Assembly (NCBI RefSeq): GCF_032116555.1
Contig: NZ_CP134949.1
Location: forward strand, 124,001-188,000
Direction: 5' to 3'
DNA length: 64,000 nt
Origin: Halorarum halobium
GTDB taxonomy: Archaea; Halobacteriota; Halobacteria; Halobacteriales; Haloferacaceae
In this document: positions 30,955 to 41,491 of the stretch, in pieces
Position numbering within the stretch: position 1 is the first letter of the stretch
How the letters are laid out: every line of letters starts with the position of its first letter
Translations under genes and position numbers: made by a program
Notes under the pieces: model-generated
The model's input: the letters and a program-made list of their open reading frames with translations, nothing else
Database searches by the model: none
What the model was told of the DNA's origin: nothing

Positions 30955-31812
30955 GTGAGCGATAGCGACTCCCGCCCCGACTCGACGGACGGCGAGGGGG
31001 CCGACACGACGGACTCGGCGGACACGACTGAATCGGCCGACACCGCAGGGTCCTCGGGGGGAACCGACGCGCCCGGCCCGGTCGATCCGCCCGTCGTCGT
31101 CTGCTTCGACATGGACGGCGTCCTCGTCGACTCCGAGGACTACTGGCACCCCGCCGAGCGCGACCACATCCTCCCGGCCGTCCTCGACGGCAAGCATCCG
31201 GACCGAAACGGCGAGGAGGTGCCGTCTCGGCGCGTCGACCTCGACGAGATCACGGGCATGAACTACCGCGAGATCTACGCCTACCTCGTCGACCAGTACG
31301 AACCGACCGTCAGCGAAGCGGAGTTCGTCGAGATATACGACGACACGGCGACCGACATATACGGCGAGCAGGTCCGCCTGCTCCCCGGCGCCGACGAGTT
31401 CGTCGCCGACCTGCGGGACGAGGGGATCCCGGTCGCGCTCGTCTCCTCCTCGCCGCCGGGGTGGATCGACATCGTCCTGGAGCGCTTCGACCTCGCGTTC
31501 GACCTCGTCGCGTCCGCCGACGAGTTCGACGGGCCCGGGAAGCCGGACCCGGACCTCTACGAGGACGCGATCGCGGAACTCGGAAGCGTGCCCGAGCGAG
31601 CCGTCGTGATCGAGGACTCCAGAAACGGCGTGCTCGCGGGACACCGGGCCGGCGCGCGGGTGGTCGCGTTCCGTGACGGGCACAACGCCGACACGGACCT
31701 CTCCGAGGCGGACGCGGTCGCGGAATCGGCCGAGGAGCTGTTCGCGGCGGTCCGTCAGTCGATGGAGACCGTGCGTGCGTCGGTCTCGGGCAGCAGCGGG
31801 AGGTCCGGATAG
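30955..31812 (+). CDS. HAD family phosphatase
   Basis: FDMDGVLVDSE, VSSS, GKPDP and IEDSRNG. Start uncertain. The 3' end overlaps the convergent helicase by 58 bp. Confidence 0.85.
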   Translation: MSDSDSRPDSTDGEGADTTDSADTTESADTAGSSGGTDAPGPVDPPVVVCFDMDGVLVDSEDYWHPAERDHILPAVLDGKHPDRNGEEVPSRRVDLDEITGMNYREIYAYLVDQYEPTVSEAEFVEIYDDTATDIYGEQVRLLPGADEFVADLRDEGIPVALVSSSPPGWIDIVLERFDLAFDLVASADEFDGPGKPDPDLYEDAIAELGSVPERAVVIEDSRNGVLAGHRAGARVVAFRDGHNADTDLSEADAVAESAEELFAAVRQSMETVRASVSGSSGRSG

Positions 31813-34097
31813 ACGACCTCGATCCGGTACTCGATCTCGTCCTCGCCGGGCGGGCCGAACACGCCGACCGGCACCGTCGTCTCGTCGCTCAGGTAGAGCG
31901 CCTTCTCGTGCATCTCCACGCCGTTCGCCGTCACGCGGATTCCCGCGCGGGCGCCGCCGCCGACGGTCCGCACCGTCACCTCGCGCATGTCGTTCTCGCC
32001 GACGCCGACCGAGTCGGGGAACTCGCCCCACTCCACGACCGTCCGGGGGAGCGCCTTCGCCTGGCGGAGGACGCGCTCGGCGACGCCCTCCGCGAGGCCG
32101 GCGGCCGTCAGCTCCGACACGCCGGCGTCGACGACGTTCGCGGGGGAGGTGATCCCGCCCGACGCGAGGTTCTCGGCCCTGCTGGCGCCGACCCCGTCGA
32201 TGGCGGTCAGTCCCACCGCGTCGGCCGGCACGCCGTGCTCGACGCGGGCCTCGACGCGGGCGACGAGGTTCGCGGCGCGCGGGCCGGCGAACTCGCCGAG
32301 GAACTCCCCGAGCGCGGCGAGCAGTCGGAGCGCGTTCTGCCGGATGACCCAGGCGTCCGAGCGCAGGTCCGAGGGGGTGGTGCCCTCGACGGCGGCGCGC
32401 AGGATGGCGAGCACCTTGCGGTTTCCGCCCTCCAGGTCGGTGTCGACGTTCGAGAGCACGCGGTCGACGGCGTCCGTCTCCGAGGAGCGGGCCGAGACGG
32501 AATCGAACTCCCCGGCGCCCGCCACGGCGCGGAGGACGGCCGACTCGTCGATCGCTTCCCGGTCCGCGAGCGATCGGAAGCGCTCGGCCGTGTCGAGCCG
32601 GAGGTAGTACTTCGAGGTGAGCCGGCCGAGCGCGGTGCCGGCGACCGCGAGCGACTCGTCGGTGTCGACGAACCCGCGCGTCACGAGCGAGTCGAGCGTG
32701 TCGCGCACGCGGTCGCGGATGCCCTCGAAGTCGTATTCGTCGGGCTTCGAACTGGCGCGGACGTAGTAGAACGTCGTCTCCAGCCAGTCCATCACGTCCT
32801 CCAGGCCGGTGATGGTGCCGAGCGCGATCTCGGCGTTCAGGTGCGACTCGACCTCCGCGGCGAGCCGCGACTCGATGTCCTTGCCCTCGCGCAGGAGGCG
32901 GCGATATCGGTCGGCGTCCGCGCGGTCACAGACGACCCAGCCGTGGCCCACGTCGTCGTAGCCGGGTCGGCCCGCGCGACCGAGCATCTGGAGCACGTCG
33001 AGCTCCGAGATGTCGACCTCTCCCTCCAGCGGGTCGTGGAACTTCGTGTCCCGGATGACGACACAGCGGGCCGGGAGGTTCACGCCCCAGGCGAGCGTCG
33101 AGGTGGAAAAGAGCAACTGGATCTTCCCCTGCTTGAACCACTCTTCCACCCTGTCCCGGTCGTGCTTCGAGAGCCCGGCGTGGTGGAACGCGACGCCGTC
33201 GGGGACCGACTGGCGGAGCGTGTCGTTGTTGAGGTCCTTCGCCTCGGTGTGGAACTCGTAGTCGCCCCGCGCGCCCATCGGCACGTCGCGTTCGGCCACC
33301 TCGTCGCGGGCCTTCTTCGCGGCCATCACGGTGTCCTGCCGGGAGGAGACGAACACGAGCGCCTGGCCGTCCTCGCGGATGTGCGGCTCGGCCAGGTCGA
33401 GCGCGCGGTAGAGCCGCCGGTACTTGTCGGCGAAGCTGTTGTCGCCGTGGGTGTACGTCTTGACGCCCGTTTCCAGGTCGACCGGGCGGTACTCTTCGCC
33501 GAACTGGAACGTCGTCTCGGGCGGCGCGTCGAGCCACTCGGCCACGTCCCCGACGTTCCGCATCGTCGCCGAGAGCGCGACGATCCGCGGGTCACACAGC
33601 CGGCGGAGCCGGGAGATGGTGACCTCCAGCACCGCGCCGCGCTTCTCGGAGTCGAGCAGGTGGACCTCGTCGATGACACAGCAGTCCACGTCGGCCACGA
33701 AGCCGTAGCGGGCCGACTCGTGCTTTCTGGTCGCGGAGTCGGCCTTCTCCGGCGTCATGACGAGGATGTCCGCGCGCTCGGCCCGGCGTGGGTTGAGGTC
33801 GCGCTCGCCGGTGACGACGTAGACGGAGTAGCCGAGGTCCTCGAACCGGTCCCACTCGGCCTCCTTCTCGTTGGTCAGCGCACGGAGCGGGGCGATGAAG
33901 AGCGCGGTGCCGCCCTCGCGCAGCGTCTCGCAGATGGCCAGTTCCGCGAGCGCGGTCTTGCCCGAGGCGGTGGGCGCGGCGGCGACGACGTTGTCGTCGC
34001 GGTCGAGCATCGCGGGCAGCGCCTCGCGTTGCATCCGGTTGAACTCCTCGAAGCCGAAGGCGTCGGCGAACTCGGGGATGGCGTCTGCGACCTTCAT
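31755..34097 (-). CDS. Second Ski2-like (Hel308-paralog) DEVH helicase
   Basis: FNRMQ, APTASGKT, DEVH, LSAT, FHHAGL, TSTLAWGVNLPA and QMLGRAGRPG, plus an extra beta-rich C-terminal domain. Confidence 0.9.
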   Translation of the reverse strand: MKVADAIPEFADAFGFEEFNRMQREALPAMLDRDDNVVAAAPTASGKTALAELAICETLREGGTALFIAPLRALTNEKEAEWDRFEDLGYSVYVVTGERDLNPRRAERADILVMTPEKADSATRKHESARYGFVADVDCCVIDEVHLLDSEKRGAVLEVTISRLRRLCDPRIVALSATMRNVGDVAEWLDAPPETTFQFGEEYRPVDLETGVKTYTHGDNSFADKYRRLYRALDLAEPHIREDGQALVFVSSRQDTVMAAKKARDEVAERDVPMGARGDYEFHTEAKDLNNDTLRQSVPDGVAFHHAGLSKHDRDRVEEWFKQGKIQLLFSTSTLAWGVNLPARCVVIRDTKFHDPLEGEVDISELDVLQMLGRAGRPGYDDVGHGWVVCDRADADRYRRLLREGKDIESRLAAEVESHLNAEIALGTITGLEDVMDWLETTFYYVRASSKPDEYDFEGIRDRVRDTLDSLVTRGFVDTDESLAVAGTALGRLTSKYYLRLDTAERFRSLADREAIDESAVLRAVAGAGEFDSVSARSSETDAVDRVLSNVDTDLEGGNRKVLAILRAAVEGTTPSDLRSDAWVIRQNALRLLAALGEFLGEFAGPRAANLVARVEARVEHGVPADAVGLTAIDGVGASRAENLASGGITSPANVVDAGVSELTAAGLAEGVAERVLRQAKALPRTVVEWGEFPDSVGVGENDMREVTVRTVGGGARAGIRVTANGVEMHEKALYLSDETTVPVGVFGPPGEDEIEYRIEVVYPDLPLLPETDARTVSID

Positions 34098-34334
34098 TTG
34101 CTGAGTGGAATTGTCGGTAGATGGGTCGCTCCGAACGGACCGACCCGGGGGCTGTGTGGTATCGGGTCGCTTTCGCGGATAGGTGTTTCCTTCCGCGTCG
34201 CGCGTGCTCGGACCGGTCCGCGAACCCGTGCTCGTGGGCACGGTTTCCGGTCGGCGCCGGCTCCACGGAACGGGAGGAACCGGACGAACGCGACCCGTCG
34301 AATACAAGCCCTCGGAACCGAAACCACGGCTCCA

Positions 34335-35138
34335 GTGCCACACGCGCGAAACGGCGACACGGAACTCTACTACGAGACCGACGGCGACGGGTACGCCGAA
34401 CCCCCGGACGACGACCGGTCCGGCACGACCGCGGTCACGTTCGTCGGCGAACTCGGCTTCGGCCCCTGGCAGTGGGGCTGGCAGCACGCCGCGCTCGCCG
34501 GCCCCTACGAGGCCGTCGTGCCGGCGACCCGCGGAACGGGCGACTCCGACGCGCCGCCGGGACCGTACTCGGTGGAGACGCTCGCGGCGGACCTCGAGGC
34601 CGTGCTCGCGGACGCCGGGGTCCGTTCGACGCACCTCGTCGGCGTCGGTCTCGGCGGGATGGTCGCGCTGACGGCCGCGCTCGGCTCCGACCGGATCCGG
34701 AAGCTGGCGCTCGTCGGCACCGCGGCGTACGGGGACGGGCTCAACCCGGAGCCGCTTCGGCCGGACCGGGACGGCCTCGCGGCGTTCGAATCCTCGCTCG
34801 ACGCCGTCTTTTCACGCGAGTTCGTCGACGCCCAGCCCGACGCCATCTCCCGGATCGCGGAGTGGCGCGCGGCTGAGGACGCCGGCCCGGAGGCGTGGCA
34901 GGCGACCCGGGCCGCGCTGGACGCGTTCGACGTCGCCGACCGCACGTACGAGGTGACGAACGAGGCGCTCGTGCTCCACGGCACCGCGGACGCCGTCTGC
35001 CCCCCGGCGAAGGGCGAGGAACTGGCCGACGGGCTCCCCCGCGGCGAGTTCGTCCCCGTCGAGGGTGCCGGCCACCTGGCGAACGTCGAGCACTCGAAGC
35101 TCGTGAACGATCGGCTGCTTGCCTTTTTCGGGGACTGA
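34335..35138 (+). CDS. Alpha/beta hydrolase fold protein
   Basis: RGTGDSD..PGPYS, HLVGVGLGG, HGTAD and GAGH. Confidence 0.82.
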   Translation: MPHARNGDTELYYETDGDGYAEPPDDDRSGTTAVTFVGELGFGPWQWGWQHAALAGPYEAVVPATRGTGDSDAPPGPYSVETLAADLEAVLADAGVRSTHLVGVGLGGMVALTAALGSDRIRKLALVGTAAYGDGLNPEPLRPDRDGLAAFESSLDAVFSREFVDAQPDAISRIAEWRAAEDAGPEAWQATRAALDAFDVADRTYEVTNEALVLHGTADAVCPPAKGEELADGLPRGEFVPVEGAGHLANVEHSKLVNDRLLAFFGD

Positions 35139-35234
35139 GTCCCCCTCGATCCCGGCGGTCGGCGCGTCTTCGGAACGCCGGCGGCACCTGCCAGCGGCGC
35201 AAGGCACTTGCCGCGCGCCCGCACAGTTCCGGCA

Positions 35235-35978
35235 ATGACTCGACTGCGGTTCGCGCTGCTGAACGCGGCCCACGCGGACGCGAACACGGCCCGGAACTTC
35301 CGCCGGGAGCTCGACGCCGACCTCGCGGAGTTCGACGTGAACGCGGGACGGCTCCCCGAGCACTTCGACTGGGACGGCGTCGTCATCACCGGCTCGCGCT
35401 CGTCGGTGTACTGGGACGAGGAGTGGATCCCGCCGCTGGTCGACTGGACCGCGGAGGCGGCCGAGCGCGACGTGCCCATCCTCGGCGTCTGTTACGGCCA
35501 CCAGGTGCTCGCGGAGGCGCTCGGCGGCCGCGTCGCGGGGATGGACGGGTTCGAGATCGGCTACAACGAGATCGAACGCCGCGGGGGGGACGACCTGTTC
35601 GCGGGCATCGACGAGACGTTCTCGGCGTTCACGACCCACGGCGACGCCGTCGTCGACCTGCCGCCGGGCGCGACGCCCCTCGCGGAAAACGAGTTCGGCG
35701 TCCACGCGTTCCGGGAGGGGAACGCCTGGGGCGTCCAGTTCCACCCCGAGTACGACGAGGCGACCGCCCGCGAGGTGACGGAGGGGAAGCGCGAGCGCAT
35801 CGGCGACGAGGCGGTCGAGGCGGTGCTCTCCGACATCACGCCGGGGAACTACGAGGCCGCCTGCGAGGCGAAGACGCTGTTCGAGAACTTCACGTCGTAC
35901 GCGCGGTCGGTTCGGGACGCGGGCGAGGGGACCGACGGCGCGGAGGAAGCCGAACGCGACGCGGGCGTCGGGGCGTAG
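35235..35978 (+). CDS. Class I glutamine amidotransferase
   Basis: ITGS, LGVCYGHQ and VQFHPE catalytic triad motifs. Confidence 0.9.
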   Translation: MTRLRFALLNAAHADANTARNFRRELDADLAEFDVNAGRLPEHFDWDGVVITGSRSSVYWDEEWIPPLVDWTAEAAERDVPILGVCYGHQVLAEALGGRVAGMDGFEIGYNEIERRGGDDLFAGIDETFSAFTTHGDAVVDLPPGATPLAENEFGVHAFREGNAWGVQFHPEYDEATAREVTEGKRERIGDEAVEAVLSDITPGNYEAACEAKTLFENFTSYARSVRDAGEGTDGAEEAERDAGVGA

Positions 35979-36096
35979 TCGGTCCGAGCGGCGCGACCGG
36001 CCGAGCCGCCGCCAGGCCGGGCGGATTCGGCGGGCTCGCCGTCGAACCGGCAGGTGTTGCGATTCGCTTTTCACCCAGCGTTCCCGACCCTCCCTC

Positions 36097-37260
36097 ATGC
36101 TCGATTACGTGGGTCTGGAGGCGGACCTCTCGGCCGAGGAGAAGCTCATCCGCGACACCGCCCGGGAGTTCGTCGCCGACGAGGTCCAGCCGGAGATCGC
36201 ACGACACTACGAGGACGGCACGTTCCCGACCGAGCTCATCCCCGAGATGGGCGAACTCGGCTTCTACGCGCCGAACCTGGAGGGGTACGGCTCGCCGAAC
36301 GTCTCCGAGCGAGCCTACGGCATCCTCATGCAGGAACTGGAGGCGTGCGACTCGGGGCTGCGCTCGATGGCGTCCGTGCAGGGCGCGCTCGTCATGTACC
36401 CCATCCACGCGTTCGGCAGCGAGGCCCAGAAGGAGGAGTGGCTGCCCGCGCTCGGCCGGGGCGAGGCGGTCGGCTGCTTTGGCCTGACCGAGCCCGAACA
36501 CGGCTCGAACCCCTCCGGAATGGAGACGCGCGCCGAGCGCGACGCCGACGGCTACGTGCTCAACGGCTCGAAGACGTGGATCACGAACTCCCCCATCGCC
36601 GACGTGGCGGTCGTCTGGGCGCGCGACACCTCGGCTGACGACGACCCGATCCGCGGCTTCCTCGTCGAGACGGACCGGGACGGCGTGACGACGAACGAGA
36701 TCCACGAGAAGCTCTCGATGCGCGCGTCCGTGACCGGCGAGATCGGCCTCTCGGACGTGCGCGTCCCCGAGGAGAACGTCCTCCCGAACGTCGAGGGGAT
36801 GAAGGGGCCGCTCTCGTGTCTCACGCAGGCCCGGTACGGCATCGCCTGGGGCGTCGTCGGCGCGGCTCGTGACTGCTTCGAGACGGCCCGCGAGTACCAG
36901 CTCGACCGCGACCAGTTCGGCGGCCCCATCGCCCGCTTCCAGATCCAGCAGAACAAGCTGGCCGAGATGGCGACCCAGATCACGCTGGCCCAGCTGCTCG
37001 CCTACCGGCTCGCGGACCTGAAGGAGGACGGCCGACTCCGTCCCCAGCAGGTGTCGATGGCCAAGCGGAACAACGTCCGGATGGCACGGAACCAGGCGCG
37101 GGTCGCCCGCGAGATGCTCGGCGGCAACGGCATCACGACCGACTACTCGCCGATGCGTCACATGAGCAACCTGGAGACGGTGTACACCTACGAGGGCACC
37201 CACGACATCCACTCGCTCATCCTCGGGCAGGATCTGACCGGGATTGCAGCCTTCGAGTAG
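36097..37260 (+). CDS. Acyl-CoA dehydrogenase (glutaryl-CoA dehydrogenase-like)
   Basis: CFGLTEPEHGS, GSKTWITN, LGGNGI and TYEGTHDIH. Confidence 0.92.
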   Translation: MLDYVGLEADLSAEEKLIRDTAREFVADEVQPEIARHYEDGTFPTELIPEMGELGFYAPNLEGYGSPNVSERAYGILMQELEACDSGLRSMASVQGALVMYPIHAFGSEAQKEEWLPALGRGEAVGCFGLTEPEHGSNPSGMETRAERDADGYVLNGSKTWITNSPIADVAVVWARDTSADDDPIRGFLVETDRDGVTTNEIHEKLSMRASVTGEIGLSDVRVPEENVLPNVEGMKGPLSCLTQARYGIAWGVVGAARDCFETAREYQLDRDQFGGPIARFQIQQNKLAEMATQITLAQLLAYRLADLKEDGRLRPQQVSMAKRNNVRMARNQARVAREMLGGNGITTDYSPMRHMSNLETVYTYEGTHDIHSLILGQDLTGIAAFE

Positions 37261-37646
37261 CTCCGGCAACTCGTCCCGTTGGAATCACGGTCAGTTCGAC
37301 CGGCATCGCCGCCTTCGAGTGACGCTCCGATCCGGACCACCGACTGTTCGTCCGACTCCCGGCCCGGTCCGTCCGACGGCCGGCGACCGGTCCACCGATC
37401 GCCGGCGCGCGCCCGATCACCTGCGAACCGGCGAAAACTGCCCCGATTTCGAAACTGGCCCGTGAGGTTCGGATTCGACGGATAGGCCCCGGCTACTCCC
37501 GCTACGAATTCGGTAGCCGGCTCGTATCGGAACGGTATAAAACGTGTAAAATCGGGGTAACAATGGGCTAAGACGGCCGGTTCTCACAAAACGACGCGAA
37601 CGGTGTTCACCCCTCAAGTGCGTCCCGGCAGAGACGGCGAGTCGAG

Positions 37647-37937
37647 ATGCCGGCTCCAGTCAGAGACGGAACGACGCTGCTCGAAGTCAGCCGGGAGGAA
37701 GCGTGGGTCGTCCACGCCGCGCTGATGGAACAGCTCAGGACCGCCGCCGCCGACCGGGACCCCGACGCCGTCGAGGTCGACGCCCTCGACCGGCTGGACG
37801 ACGCCCGCGATCGGTTCACCCTCGAGCAGGTCAGGGCGATCCGGGACGCGCTCGTCGAGTACCTCGTCGACGCGCCGCTCCGCGACCGACAGCCGGGACG
37901 ACGGGCGCTCCGCACCGCGGACTCGGCGCTGAACTGA
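37647..37937 (+). CDS. Small hypothetical protein
   Basis: 96-aa acidic helical ORF (SREEAWVVHAALM) downstream of an AT-rich, promoter-like region. Confidence 0.7.
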   Translation: MPAPVRDGTTLLEVSREEAWVVHAALMEQLRTAAADRDPDAVEVDALDRLDDARDRFTLEQVRAIRDALVEYLVDAPLRDRQPGRRALRTADSALN

Positions 37938-38031
37938 CCCCGCGCTGAACTGACCCCCACGCGCGGGCAACGGCCACGTCCCCACGGTCGCCCCGCGAAA
38001 TTTTAACCCCGATGGCGCGCGACCTCGGAAT

Positions 38032-38676
38032 GTGTCTCCCCCGCTCGCCGGGCCGCTCCTCCGCGCGGTCGCCGTCGCGTGCCTCCTCGCGGGCGCGGTC
38101 GGCGTCGCCGCGGCCCACCCGATCGTCCTCGTCGAGGACCGATCGCTCGAGGTCGCCTCCGGCAAGGCGGTGGAGATTCCGCTGGTGTTCCACGACGTCG
38201 GCAGAACGAGCCTGACGGTGACCGGCGCGGACGGGTTCGAACTCGCCGCGACGGTCCTCGATTCGGACCGCGACGGCTCGGTCGCGGTCCGCTTCGACAC
38301 GGCGGCGGCGGGCGAGGGCGACGCGAGCGCCGCGCTCTCCGCGGAGGGCGGCGCGGTCCGGAACGCGACCATCGCCGGCTCCTCGGGCGACGGACTGGGG
38401 TTCGGCGAGTACAGGGTGACGGTCCAGCCCCCGAACGGCGGCCGTGACGCCGGAACGATCCGGGTCACCCCGGGGGAACGGACCGCGACGCCCGACGCGA
38501 CCGGGTTGGCCGACTCGACGGGTGCCCCCTCGCCGACGGCGACCGAACCGCCGGGAGCGTCCGGTGACCGCGAGGGGCGCTCGCTCCCCTGGCCGCCGAG
38601 CCTGCTGCTCGCGCTGTTCGGCCCCGCCGTCCCCGTCGTCGCGCTCGTCGGGGCGTCCCGGCTGGAGGCGGGGTGA
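38032..38676 (+). CDS. Hypothetical secreted/membrane-anchored protein
   Basis: Signal-peptide-like N-terminus, beta-rich core, Thr/Pro linker and C-terminal hydrophobic segment. TTTTAA at ~38001. Confidence 0.65.
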   Translation: MSPPLAGPLLRAVAVACLLAGAVGVAAAHPIVLVEDRSLEVASGKAVEIPLVFHDVGRTSLTVTGADGFELAATVLDSDRDGSVAVRFDTAAAGEGDASAALSAEGGAVRNATIAGSSGDGLGFGEYRVTVQPPNGGRDAGTIRVTPGERTATPDATGLADSTGAPSPTATEPPGASGDREGRSLPWPPSLLLALFGPAVPVVALVGASRLEAG

Positions 38677-39051
<375 letters not shown>

Positions 39052-39077
39052 CTCGTCGGCGAGTTGGTGGTCGCGTG

Positions 39078-41213
39078 TCAGTCCGCGGCCGTCGGCGACG
39101 CGTCCCCCGCCGCATCGGTCGCCACCGCACCCTTCGCCGCCAGTGCCTCACAGAGCAGTTCCGCGACGTCGATCACCTCGATGTCGTCCTCGAAGTCGCC
39201 GGTCTTGCGGCCGTCCTCGTACATCGTCCCGCACATCGGGCAGGCGACGACGAACTTCTCGACGGCGGCGCCCGCGTCGGTGTCCTCGAGCGCCTCGCGG
39301 AGTCGCTCCTCGCTCGGCTTCGGGTCCTCCTCGAAGTCCATCCAGAGGCCGCCCCCGCCGCCGCCACAGCAGAACGAGTCGGCGCGGTTGCGCGGCATCT
39401 CGGAGAGTTCGACGCCCGTCGCGCGGATCAGTTCGCGGGGTGCCTCGTACACCTCGTTCATCCGGCCGAGGTGACACGGGTCGTGGTAGGTGGCGACGTA
39501 GTCGAGTTCCGTCCCGTCGAGGCCGAGCCGTCCCTGCTCGACGAGGTTCTCGACGACCTCCGTGTAGTGGAACACCGGGTCGTCGAACTCGCTCACCTCG
39601 GGGTACTCGTTCCGGAACGTGTTCATCGAGTGGGGGTCGGTCGTGACCACCTTCTCGAACGTGGACGACTCGAACGCCTCGACGTTGTCCTCGACGAGCA
39701 TCTCGAACAGGCCCTCCTCGCCGACGCGGCGCACGTCGTTGCCGTCGTGCTGCTCGTCCTCGTAGAGGATGCCGTAGGAGACGCCGGCGCGCTCGAACAG
39801 CGTGGCGAGCGAGCGGGCGACCCGCCGGTTGCGCTCGTCGTAGCTCGGATACTCGCCGACGTACCAGAGGAACTCGACGTCCTCCTCGCGGGCGTCGGGC
39901 ACCTCGAACTCGAGGTCGTCGGTCCAGTCCGGGCGCTTCCGGGCCGGGTCGCCGAAGGTGTTCCCGTTCTGGAACACGTTCATCATCGCGTCCTGGACCA
40001 TCTCGTCCATCTGGCCCGTCTCGGTCAGCCGGCGGTTCATCTGCGTGAACTCCGGGACGTGCTCGATGTCGACCGGGCAGGCGTCCATGCAGGCCATGCA
40101 GGACATGCACGACTCCATCGTCTCCGCGGCGACGACCGAGTCGCCGCCGTCGGCGACGATCTCGACCTCGTCGGTCCGGCCCGCGTCCAGGTCCTCGCGG
40201 TAGGACTTCAGGTCGAGGATGACGTCGCGGGGGTCCAGCGGCCGGCCGGAGGCCTTCGCGGGACAGACGGACGAACAGCGGCCACACTTCGTGCAGGCGT
40301 CCTGGTCGAGAATGTGCCGCCACGAGATGTCCTCGATGGAGCCGTAGCCGATCTCCTCGGGCCCCGCGTCCTCCGGCACGCCCGGCAGGCGCACGCCGGC
40401 CTTCTCGTCGCGGGTGACGACGTTGGCGAAACTGGAGAGCATGTGGAACGGCTTGGCGGCCGGGACGTACGCGATGAACGCGAACGCGAGCAGCGCGTGG
40501 CTCCACCAGGTCCAGTGGTACAGCGTCTCCGCGAAGCCGGGACGGAGGCCGAGTTCCGCGAAGGCGCCGGCCAGGAAGAAGCCGACGAACGACACCCGCT
40601 CGAAGGCGATGAACTGGACCCCCGACGCGGTAACCTCGGCGGTGCCGACGATGCGGAACGCCTCCAGCACGTAGCCGCCCGTCCCGAGCAGGAACAGCGT
40701 CCAGACGAACGCGTCGTCCTCCAGCGACGTGTGTTTCCCCCAGAGGCGGCCCTCGCGGTGGCGGTAGCGCCGCCAGATGGCCATGCCGACGCCGACGACG
40801 AACAGCAGGCCCATCGCGTCCATGACGAACGAATACGAGAGGTAGAAGTCGCCGACGAAGAACGAACTGCCGGTGACGGGCCGCCAGACGTCGATGTCGA
40901 AGCCGATGATGGCGGTGCCGATGAGCAGCGTCAGGAACCCCCAGAGGATGAACGCGTGCATCACGCCGGCGTACGGGTCGCGGTCGAACTGCCCCCGGTT
41001 CGAGAGGACGACTCCGGCGGCGTCGAGGACGCGCCCGGGGAGGTGGTCGAGGCGGTCGAACCAGTCCTCGGTGCCCTCGGCGTAGCGGGCGAACCGACGG
41101 TAGGTGCCGTAGAGGAAGAACAGGATGGCGACCGCCGCGAGGAAGTAGAAGACGGCCTTCCCGACCGGACCGACCGTCCAGAACGTCTCGCGAGTGACCT
41201 GGTCGGTTTGCAT
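39078..41213 (-). CDS. Membrane-bound Fe-S oxidoreductase (HdrD/FadF-like, CCG domains)
   Basis: N-terminal TM region, CTKCGRCSSVCP, CMSCMACMDACP, YHDPCHLGR, CCGGGGG and ACPMC. Confidence 0.9.
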   Translation of the reverse strand: MQTDQVTRETFWTVGPVGKAVFYFLAAVAILFFLYGTYRRFARYAEGTEDWFDRLDHLPGRVLDAAGVVLSNRGQFDRDPYAGVMHAFILWGFLTLLIGTAIIGFDIDVWRPVTGSSFFVGDFYLSYSFVMDAMGLLFVVGVGMAIWRRYRHREGRLWGKHTSLEDDAFVWTLFLLGTGGYVLEAFRIVGTAEVTASGVQFIAFERVSFVGFFLAGAFAELGLRPGFAETLYHWTWWSHALLAFAFIAYVPAAKPFHMLSSFANVVTRDEKAGVRLPGVPEDAGPEEIGYGSIEDISWRHILDQDACTKCGRCSSVCPAKASGRPLDPRDVILDLKSYREDLDAGRTDEVEIVADGGDSVVAAETMESCMSCMACMDACPVDIEHVPEFTQMNRRLTETGQMDEMVQDAMMNVFQNGNTFGDPARKRPDWTDDLEFEVPDAREEDVEFLWYVGEYPSYDERNRRVARSLATLFERAGVSYGILYEDEQHDGNDVRRVGEEGLFEMLVEDNVEAFESSTFEKVVTTDPHSMNTFRNEYPEVSEFDDPVFHYTEVVENLVEQGRLGLDGTELDYVATYHDPCHLGRMNEVYEAPRELIRATGVELSEMPRNRADSFCCGGGGGGLWMDFEEDPKPSEERLREALEDTDAGAAVEKFVVACPMCGTMYEDGRKTGDFEDDIEVIDVAELLCEALAAKGAVATDAAGDASPTAAD

Positions 41214-41491
41214 ACGAACACGCCGGCGGGCGGCGTGGTTAAATCTTCTCACACGGGAGAGAACGCGCGGCGTGGGCCCGGAGACGTCAGTCCCCGTGCT
41301 GGCCGGACGCGGCGTGACGGCTCCCCCGTGTCGCCGCCTCGCAGGGGCCCGCAGGTCACGCCCGGTCGGCTTCGACGGACGACGGCCGTGGAGGCGACAG
41401 ACGTCGGAGCGCTAACCCCCGAATTTGCCGCGCTCAGGCGCGCTACCACCCCCAGTAGGCTTTTGTATCGCGGTCGCGTTCTCACCTATCC

